This document shows, one piece after another, positions 18,289-24,726 of a stretch of DNA of 24,726 bases. A program made the position numbers and the translations under genes. This stretch comes from Pseudothermotoga sp. (GTDB lineage: Bacteria; Thermotogota; Thermotogae; Thermotogales; DSM-5069): assembly GCA_041640575.1 (NCBI GenBank), contig JBEPZZ010000024.1, positions 1 through 24,726 on the forward strand, read 5' to 3'. How positions within the stretch are numbered: the stretch's first letter is position 1; each line of letters opens with the position of its first letter. Below the pieces are notes generated by a model. It was not told the DNA's origin, did no database searches, and was given only the letters and a program-made list of their open reading frames with translations.

Positions 18289-19197
18289 CTAAAAGACTTT
18301 CATTGATAAATATTTGGTTCCACTATCTGGAAAAATAACAACTACTCTTTTTCCTTTACCCAAGGTTTTTGCAATTCTCAGTGCACCAACCATAGCGGCA
18401 CCCGAAGACACACCGACAAAAAGTCCTTCTTCTTTTGCCAATCTTCTTGTCATCTCAAATGCTTCCTCATCCTCAACAGGTATGATTTCGTCAATAATAG
18501 CACGATTCAAAATCTTTGGTATAAATCCTGGACCTATTCCCTGAATCTTGTGCGGTTTATGCGTTCCACCTGAAAGAAGCGCAGATTTAGCAGGTTCAAC
18601 GGCAACAATTTTCACATTTTTAACTTTTTCTTTCAAAACTTCTCCAACCCCGGTAATCGTACCCCCTGTACCAACTCCAGCTACAAAAGCATCTATTTCT
18701 CCACCAGTGTCCCTCAAGATCTCAAGAGCTGTTGTTTCCTTGTGGGCGAGCACATTATACTTGTTCTCAAACTGCATTGGCATGAAATAACCATTTTTCT
18801 CAGCCAGTTCCTTTGCTACCCTTATCGATCCTTCCATTCCTTCACTAGCTGGGGTCAACAGAACTTGTGCACCATAAGCTTCTAAGATTTGCCTACGCTC
18901 AACACTCATAGATTCGGGCATGACAATTATTAGTTTGTATCCTTTTGCTGCGCAAACTAAAGCAAGTCCTATTCCTGTATTTCCGCTAGTTGGTTCAATA
19001 ACAACTCCACCTGGTTTGAGCTTGCCTTCTTTTTCTGCTCCTTCGATCATATACAATGCTATCCTGTCTTTGACACTTCCTCCAGGATTAAATCCTTCAA
19101 GTTTTGCGTAGATCTCAGCACAATCATCAGAGATCAATTTGTTTATTCTAACTAGTGGGGTATTCCCTATCGTTTTGTAAATACTATCTACAATCAT
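18289..19197 (-). CDS. cysK: Cysteine synthase A (O-acetylserine sulfhydrylase)
   Basis: [16 protein letters not shown] (PLP lysine), [38 protein letters not shown]. Confidence 0.96.
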   Translation of the reverse strand: MIVDSIYKTIGNTPLVRINKLISDDCAEIYAKLEGFNPGGSVKDRIALYMIEGAEKEGKLKPGGVVIEPTSGNTGIGLALVCAAKGYKLIIVMPESMSVERRQILEAYGAQVLLTPASEGMEGSIRVAKELAEKNGYFMPMQFENKYNVLAHKETTALEILRDTGGEIDAFVAGVGTGGTITGVGEVLKEKVKNVKIVAVEPAKSALLSGGTHKPHKIQGIGPGFIPKILNRAIIDEIIPVEDEEAFEMTRRLAKEEGLFVGVSSGAAMVGALRIAKTLGKGKRVVVIFPDSGTKYLSMKVF

Positions 19198-19399
19198 TTT
19201 CGATTCCCAGTATAAATTATATTATGAGTGCAAAACAAGACATTTTCGCCGTATTCATGCATTCTATGAATTAAAATAAACACATCTTTGATTGTCAATG
19301 AACCAAATTGCAACAAAATAGGTCGAGAATCTTAACCATCATAGTTTGAAGCGATTGTGCTATTATCAGCCGTTATCGAAAATAGGGAGGGAACTTGGA

Positions 19400-19891
19400 A
19401 TGAAGCGAGAAATGAGGCGAAAGGATCGAGAACTGTCTAAGCAAGAAGCTTATAGATTACTAGAAAAAGGTGAGTGGGGGGTACTGTGTACATTCGACGG
19501 CGAATATCCATATGGCGTACCGGTGAATTATGTGCTTCTCAACGATCATATCTACTTTCACTGTGCTACAGTTGGCCATAAAATAGACGCCATTAAAAAC
19601 CTGAGCAATGTTTGCTTTACCGTTGTTTTGAGTTCAGAAGTTATTCCAAGCAAACTCACAACGAAGTATGAAAGTGTTATTGCATTTGGCAAAGCTAAAA
19701 TCGTAGATGGAGAAGAAAAAGTTGAAGCGCTTAGAGCTTTGGGAAGAAAGTTTTCAAAAGACTACATTGAAACCGTTGAAAACGAGATTGCTCAGTCAAT
19801 CAGTAAAACCTTAGTTGTTGCGGTGAAAATCGAAGAAATTACTGCAAAAGCTAATCGATTAAATACAGCAGGCCTAGAACCCGTTTCTTAA
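19400..19891 (+). CDS. Pyridoxamine 5'-phosphate oxidase-like / NimA-family flavin-binding protein
   Basis: MRRKDRE, YPYGVPVNY, IYFHCATVGHK, VCFTV, YESVIAFGKA. ATG 19400 follows GGGAGGG. Confidence 0.88.
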   Translation: MKREMRRKDRELSKQEAYRLLEKGEWGVLCTFDGEYPYGVPVNYVLLNDHIYFHCATVGHKIDAIKNLSNVCFTVVLSSEVIPSKLTTKYESVIAFGKAKIVDGEEKVEALRALGRKFSKDYIETVENEIAQSISKTLVVAVKIEEITAKANRLNTAGLEPVS

Positions 19892-20154
19892 ATTTGATTT
19901 TTCAGCCGCAGTTCAATTATTTTTTCTTAGGTTCCATCACTCAGACTTTGAATTATTATAACCAGGTGGTTGGAGTCGATCCTCAACCCAACACACCTGA
20001 TAATATGACTGGTGTATACATAAGCATATATCATTAGACAATGTATGATCTAAAGTAACTATAATATTTGATAATATCAGTACATACTACTAATTTACCA
20101 TACAATTAGTGTGCACATTGAACTTAAGCGTCTTATGTATTGATATATAGTTTG

Positions 20155-20880
20155 TTACACCTTCTCTTCAGCCATAAGTGCTATTTGTATATCCTTTTGA
20201 ACAAATTTTGACTTAGCCACGAGTCGACTAAGGTAAATAAATGGCGTATCCAAAAGTGCAACTATCCATTTGAATATGTATGTAGTTAACAGAATTTGCA
20301 TAAACGTTCCTAAATCATAAAGTCCAGCGAAAGCAATTGTACAAAAGATTATCGTATCTATTGCTTGAGACACCATAGTCGAAAGGTTATTTCTAAGCCA
20401 CAAATGTTTTCCTTTCATCACTTTTTTCCAAAATTCAAAAGCCCAAACATCGTGTGTCTGAGCTAATATATATGCTGCCAAACTTGCAAATGCAATTCTA
20501 GGCATCATTTTGAAAATATACTCTAAATGTGGCGAAGCGGTGTCAACAGGTGATGGGATCATAAGAATTGAAAATTGCATGGCTGCTGTCATGATTAATA
20601 AGCTGACGAATCCTAACCATACAGCCCTTTGAGAATACTTTCTTCCATAAAATTCGGAAAGAATATCAGTTGCCAGAAAAGTCGCACCGTATATCGCATT
20701 TCCAAGCGTTGAGGTTATACCAAAAAGCTCTACAATTTTCACCACTTCAATATTGCATAGAATCGTGTTCAAAACAACGTAGGCCATTAATCCTCCGCGG
20801 CCAAACAATCTGAACACAATTACTGTTCCAGCCAGGACGAGTAGAGCTTGTCCAAACCAAAGCAATTCATTCCAACCCAT
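20155..20880 (-). CDS. yhhQ: Queuosine precursor transporter (YhhQ/Vut_1 family)
   Basis: FLATDILSEFYG, RIAFASLAAYILAQTHD, LWLRNNLSTMVSQAIDTIIF, LLDTPFIY. ATG 20880 follows AAGGAGGT. Confidence 0.88.
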   Translation of the reverse strand: MGWNELLWFGQALLVLAGTVIVFRLFGRGGLMAYVVLNTILCNIEVVKIVELFGITSTLGNAIYGATFLATDILSEFYGRKYSQRAVWLGFVSLLIMTAAMQFSILMIPSPVDTASPHLEYIFKMMPRIAFASLAAYILAQTHDVWAFEFWKKVMKGKHLWLRNNLSTMVSQAIDTIIFCTIAFAGLYDLGTFMQILLTTYIFKWIVALLDTPFIYLSRLVAKSKFVQKDIQIALMAEEKV

Positions 20881-20926
20881 GTTGTTTTGTACCTCCTTGC
20901 ATTTTCGCATCCATCATGCAATCATG

Positions 20927-20954
20927 ATTCTATATTGAAAGCAAAAAAAATCAA
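20927..20954 (-). promoter_or_regulatory. Candidate promoter for yhhQ
   Basis: TTGATT-N16-TAGAAT on the minus strand, giving a leader of about 40 nt. Confidence 0.45.
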
Positions 20955-21029
20955 GGATCAAAAATCATGGTTGCTCATGGTTTGCAGTCGAAATCCATTG
21001 ATTTATTTGATCATTGCAAAGAGAAATTA

Positions 21030-21830
21030 TTATTCCGGAGGAGCACAAATCTTACATGGTAAAAGCCCCATTCTTTTTACCTCTGCAAGCGTCATTGGAA
21101 TTGCATTCTCGTCAACATATCTGCAATTCTTGCTGTGATATTTGCTACCTCCTTGGGTAATGTATACAATGGTTTCGTAATCCTTCGTATCCACTACGTT
21201 CGACCACAGCCCCTTTTTTTGCTCAATAGCTTGTTGCTGGTAAACCAAGAAAAATTCGACATATTTGACATTCGGTGGTGTCGTCATAAGTTGAGCGAAT
21301 CCTCCAAGTATTAGGATCGCATTCACCATTCTAGTACGTATAGTTTCATCGTTGATTTCATCTGGTTTTTCAAGCCAAACGTAGGCGAGTAAACGTCCGT
21401 AATTATCATATTCTTGAACGTCCAATTCCAAATAAACTGTCCTATCGGTCAACAGGTTTTTAGTGAAATTCCATGCCTCAAGGCCAAATGATTCAGCGGG
21501 TTTTTCTGGATGTTTGGTTTCCGGTGTATCGACACCGTTTAATCTTAGTTTGAGAGCCTCACCACGCAATTCTACCTCCAATGTATCCCCATCGATCACT
21601 TTGAGTACTCGCACATGTATAAAATCCTTGCTGGTTTGCTCTTCAGAAACTTGTTCTTCACCCTCAAGCGCTTGTAAAAGTCTTTTCACTAGCTGTTCCA
21701 ACTGCGCGACCTTTTGTTCGAGCTTTTCAATCCGTTCAAGTAAGTTTTTTACATCGGTTTCACTATCCATTGCTAGGCCAATTAGAACCGCGAATAAAAG
21801 CATCAGACCAATTAAAATTTTCTTCTTCAC
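21030..21830 (-). CDS. Secreted thermonuclease (SNase) with N-terminal coiled coil and C-terminal Ada-like metal-binding domain
   Basis: Signal peptide; heptads LLERIEKLEQKVAQLEQLVKRL; catalytic motifs IDGDT, RLNGVDTPE, YGRLLAYV, GLW; tail YITQGGSKYHSKNC...PCKIC. Confidence 0.9.
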   Translation of the reverse strand: MKKKILIGLMLLFAVLIGLAMDSETDVKNLLERIEKLEQKVAQLEQLVKRLLQALEGEEQVSEEQTSKDFIHVRVLKVIDGDTLEVELRGEALKLRLNGVDTPETKHPEKPAESFGLEAWNFTKNLLTDRTVYLELDVQEYDNYGRLLAYVWLEKPDEINDETIRTRMVNAILILGGFAQLMTTPPNVKYVEFFLVYQQQAIEQKKGLWSNVVDTKDYETIVYITQGGSKYHSKNCRYVDENAIPMTLAEVKRMGLLPCKICAPPE

Positions 21831-21911
21831 GACAATTCCTCTCTTTCAGATCATGCGAAAAGTTCAAAAGCCTATATCGGTAACCCACGGCGAATAAACT
21901 GCTTGGTTCAA

Positions 21912-22034
21912 TTATACGCGCTTTGTTAGCATGTTTTTAGCGACAAAATCTGGGCGATTACTTATTGGACGGGTAACAAAGAGGGAAGGCAATAGCAATT
22001 TTTTGGATGCAATATAAGATACATTATATTGCAT
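21912..22034 (-). CDS. Candidate 40-aa small ORF or gene remnant
   Basis: AGGAGGGAGT-ATG at 22034, open to TAA at 21912: MQYNVSYIASKKLLLPSLFVTRPISNRPDFVAKNMLTKRV. No family recognised. Confidence 0.3.
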   Translation of the reverse strand: MQYNVSYIASKKLLLPSLFVTRPISNRPDFVAKNMLTKRV

Positions 22035-22174
22035 ACTCCCTCCTAACACTTACTTACCTATCAACTTCAATTTCAGCAGGCCTATAAGAGCTTTCTGATT
22101 CATCAACCGCAAAATTGCTGAACTTTTTGAACGCTTTGACAAGTTAAGAAGAAGAGGGCCTTTAGGTGAGATTA

Positions 22175-22206
22175 AAAAACCACCGCGGGGCATTCCGCAG
22201 TGGTTC
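22175..22206 (-). terminator. Intrinsic terminator after cstA
   Basis: Minus strand AACCACTGCGG-loop-CCGCGGTGGTT followed by a T run, about 20 nt after the cstA stop. Confidence 0.8.
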
Positions 22207-22228
22207 GATTTCAGATGTGATAATGTCT

Positions 22229-23920
22229 TTAGCATGGTCCACGGGTTACATCGGAAGGGCCACTAGTTTCAAGTTGCGCTTCTAACTCCTCAACACTAAC
22301 AGATGGGAACTGTTTTCTTATCAACACTCGAGCAGACTCTAGTATGAGAATTATAGCCAGTATCAGCTCTGCAATTGCTATACTCACTAAAAGAAAATTC
22401 TTGGCTAGCCAGTTATTTCTGATTAGAATTACCAGTGCGCTCAGAGTTACAGCAAACATGAATATCATTGGTATGGATATATAGATTGTCTTCTTGCCCT
22501 TCTTGGTAAGCCATGCTGCTGCCGACAGAAGCGCCAGAGCCGCAAGAAGTTGGTTAGTACTTCCGAATATTGGCCATATCTTGGTGTAGCCATAGCTCAA
22601 CAATCCGAGAGAAGCGCCAACTGTGAGTATCGTTGCTAGATACTTGTTTGTCATGAATGACTTTTCACCGAATACGGTTTCAAACAACTCTTGCAGTAAA
22701 TATCGTCCCAATCTCGTTGCTGTATCAAGACTTGTTAAAGCAAATGCTGTAAATGCCAGCAGAACAAAAACTCTGCCAGCTTCGTACGGTATTCCGAAAC
22801 TTGCCATAAACTTAGCGACACCTGATGCAAATACCATCGCAGGTGTTCCACGAGCTCCACTGACAGCCGCAATGGACAAGAGTGCAATAATGGCAACCAT
22901 GCCTTCCAGCAACATGCCTCCGTAGCCGATAAATTTTGCATCTGTTTCCTTATCTATCTGCTTTGCAGTTGTTCCGGAGCTAACAAGAGAGTGAAAACCG
23001 GAAATTGCTCCACAGGCAACAGTAACAAAAAGTATTGGAAAGAGGTACTGCATACCTGCAGCGGTCTTAACTGTGAAACTAGTGAATGACTTTAACTGTA
23101 CATCCGGTCTTAAGACAAAAACCCCAATCAATGCACCTGCCAACATTGCATACAATAAAAACGAGTTCAGATAATCTCTTGGCTGTAGTAATAGCCAAAC
23201 CGGCAATACTGATGCCACAAAGATGTAGATGATAAGTATTGTGTACCATGTTTGCCTAGAGACCAATATGAAAGGATAGGCATATCCAATGTAAATCGCA
23301 AAAGCTAATAAAGCAAGCCCTATCAAAGTTGAAACGGTCAAATTCATATTCTTTCGATAGACAAAGATTCCAAAGGCAATAGCTATGAAGATGAATAGAA
23401 CTGACGACGTTCCTGCTGCAGGACCGGGTTGAAAACCTGCAGCATTTGGATCATAAGCAAAGGATGATGCCACAATATCTGTAAATGCAGCAACAACAAG
23501 GATCAAAGCAAGCCATGCAAAAACGTTAAAAAGAATCTTCGCTTTTTTGCTAACGTTATATTGAATTATCTCTCCTACTGTTTTACCACCATGCCTTAGC
23601 GAGGAAAACAGGGACGCAAAATCATGCACGGCACCAACAAATATGCTTCCAATGACAATCCACAAGTAAACTGGAAGCCATCCAAAAATTGATGCTTGAA
23701 TCGGACCAGCAATGGGACCTGCACCAGCAATTGATGAAAAATGATGACCTAAAACAACTTTCGAGTTCGATGGAACGTAATCAACTCCGTCGTACTTTTT
23801 GTGCGCAGGAGTCAGCCTTTTTGGATCCGCACCAAACTGCCTTTCCAAAAACCTACCATAGTACCGGTACGCCAAGAAAAACAAAGCAGCACCAATAACT
23901 ATGAGCCATACAGAGTTCAT
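22229..23920 (-). CDS. cstA: Carbon starvation protein A family (peptide/pyruvate) transporter
   Basis: TPAHKKYDGVDYVP, GHHFSSIAGAGPIAGP, GAVHDF, LPVWLLLQPRDYLN, ACGAISGFHSLVSSGTT, TSLDTATRLGRY, IWPIFGSTNQLLA. Confidence 0.95.
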   Translation of the reverse strand: MNSVWLIVIGAALFFLAYRYYGRFLERQFGADPKRLTPAHKKYDGVDYVPSNSKVVLGHHFSSIAGAGPIAGPIQASIFGWLPVYLWIVIGSIFVGAVHDFASLFSSLRHGGKTVGEIIQYNVSKKAKILFNVFAWLALILVVAAFTDIVASSFAYDPNAAGFQPGPAAGTSSVLFIFIAIAFGIFVYRKNMNLTVSTLIGLALLAFAIYIGYAYPFILVSRQTWYTILIIYIFVASVLPVWLLLQPRDYLNSFLLYAMLAGALIGVFVLRPDVQLKSFTSFTVKTAAGMQYLFPILFVTVACGAISGFHSLVSSGTTAKQIDKETDAKFIGYGGMLLEGMVAIIALLSIAAVSGARGTPAMVFASGVAKFMASFGIPYEAGRVFVLLAFTAFALTSLDTATRLGRYLLQELFETVFGEKSFMTNKYLATILTVGASLGLLSYGYTKIWPIFGSTNQLLAALALLSAAAWLTKKGKKTIYISIPMIFMFAVTLSALVILIRNNWLAKNFLLVSIAIAELILAIILILESARVLIRKQFPSVSVEELEAQLETSGPSDVTRGPC

Positions 23921-24438
23921 TCTTCCACCTCCTCAATCTTAGAGATGATTTTCCTGACCAACTTTTTAAGGGAGGTTGAGTTCCTCCCCACCACTATCTC
24001 ACCGCTATCCTCAAAGACAACACACAACCGCAGCTCACTCCATCCATAAAGATAAAACTTATAAATTCTCGTATATTTGAATTTTTTCACCCACGCTTTG
24101 AGAAGATCACTTTCCCTAGGGCAAAAAACTATGGCATTAACAACAGTTGACATATGATGTTCGCTCGGCTTAGCATTCTTATCTAAAAAAGTTCGAAGCT
24201 GGTTTACAAACTCCTCAACCACGTTAAGATCCGAGGAATCAAGTCTTTTCACAACGAAATACTCTGTATTTTCATACTTGTCGATAATGTCAGACTCGGT
24301 CAGAAAGGTGCGCACTTTTTGATCAGCAAATCTTGCGAAAAGATCAAATCCAAGATTCCTGGCATCTGCATCTTTAAGAATTTCGAATTGATTAGACAAA
24401 GTTCTCTCCAAATTTCCAATAAACCTTTCATACAGCAT
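23917..24438 (-). CDS. Hypothetical soluble protein translationally coupled to cstA
   Basis: 173-aa ORF with a GGTG RBS and ATGA overlap with cstA. No motif recognised with confidence. Confidence 0.75.
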   Translation of the reverse strand: MLYERFIGNLERTLSNQFEILKDADARNLGFDLFARFADQKVRTFLTESDIIDKYENTEYFVVKRLDSSDLNVVEEFVNQLRTFLDKNAKPSEHHMSTVVNAIVFCPRESDLLKAWVKKFKYTRIYKFYLYGWSELRLCVVFEDSGEIVVGRNSTSLKKLVRKIISKIEEVEE

Positions 24439-24482
24439 AAAATCACCACAAAGTTTAAAAAGACATATTTCTGTTTGTTTTC

Positions 24483-24491
24483 ATTATATCA
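24483..24491 (-). promoter_or_regulatory. Extended -10 element upstream of the hypothetical-cstA operon
   Basis: TG-A-TATAAT on the minus strand, about 45 nt upstream of ATG 24438. Confidence 0.55.
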
Positions 24492-24726
24492 AAGAAAAAC
24501 TACTGTTTTATTTAATAGTACTTACGACGATTACTCCTAGAGAAAGGAATGATTACAAGCATGATAATTGGTTGTCAATATTGTTATTCCAGTTAACTAG
24601 CGATATGTTTATGATCATGGCAGAACTGAGCGATCTGAATGCCTATCAGAAATCGACACAAAAAGCAAGCCAAAAGTCCAGAGAGGATAGCTAAATTGAA
24701 ATATTGTAATTCTATATAAACAATTT

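Noticed and set aside
19400..19891. Calling the gene a nim metronidazole-resistance determinant
   Set aside because: The family is widespread and resistance cannot be inferred from motifs.
20881..21029. Canonical preQ1 riboswitch upstream of yhhQ
   Set aside because: No GGUUC-type loop with an A-rich pseudoknot tail was seen by eye.
22050..22235. 61-aa minus-strand ORF after cstA
   Set aside because: It crosses the cstA terminator and lacks a convincing RBS or the Cys/His features of YbdD/YjiX.
1092..24540. Many 60-210 aa ORFs nested in or antisense to called genes
   Set aside because: They overlap well-supported CDSs and show no recognisable motifs.
1..24726. CRISPR arrays, tRNA/rRNA, integrases, transposases, anti-phage systems
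   Set aside because: No regularly spaced repeats, cloverleaf structures or recombinase/defence motifs were found by manual reading. The nuclease is exported, so it is unlikely to be a cytoplasmic defence effector.

Overview
Bacterial chromosomal window of moderately low GC. Gene content and non-lipoprotein periplasmic binding proteins suggest a Thermotogota (Pseudothermotoga-like) anaerobe; this is inferred, not verified. Left to right: (1) A GH38 alpha-mannosidase (runs off the left edge and is missing from the ORF track) and a GntR-LacI hybrid repressor, divergent from a complete CUT1 sugar ABC operon ending in a PHP/CehA-McbA-like metallohydrolase. Two matching operator-like motifs lie between the two arms. 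(2) A secreted TPR protein. (3) A seven-gene operon: tripartite tricarboxylate transporter (tctCBA), Gfo/Idh/MocA dehydrogenase, PreA/dihydroorotate-dehydrogenase-like FMN + 2x[4Fe-4S] protein, SdhA/NadB-like flavoprotein and Zn alcohol dehydrogenase. This is the best candidate for an undescribed system. The PreA-like and SdhA-like proteins both lack their usual partners, both have altered substrate-binding motifs, and they are translationally coupled, suggesting a new two-subunit C=C oxidoreductase acting on an imported organic acid. (4) cysK-cysE, where cysE appears to have lost its stop by a 1-nt frameshift. (5) A NimA-like flavin-binding protein, a YhhQ-type queuosine-precursor transporter, a secreted thermonuclease, a structured 40-codon sORF, cstA and a hypothetical gene. 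No CRISPR array, rRNA, tRNA or intact mobile element was seen.
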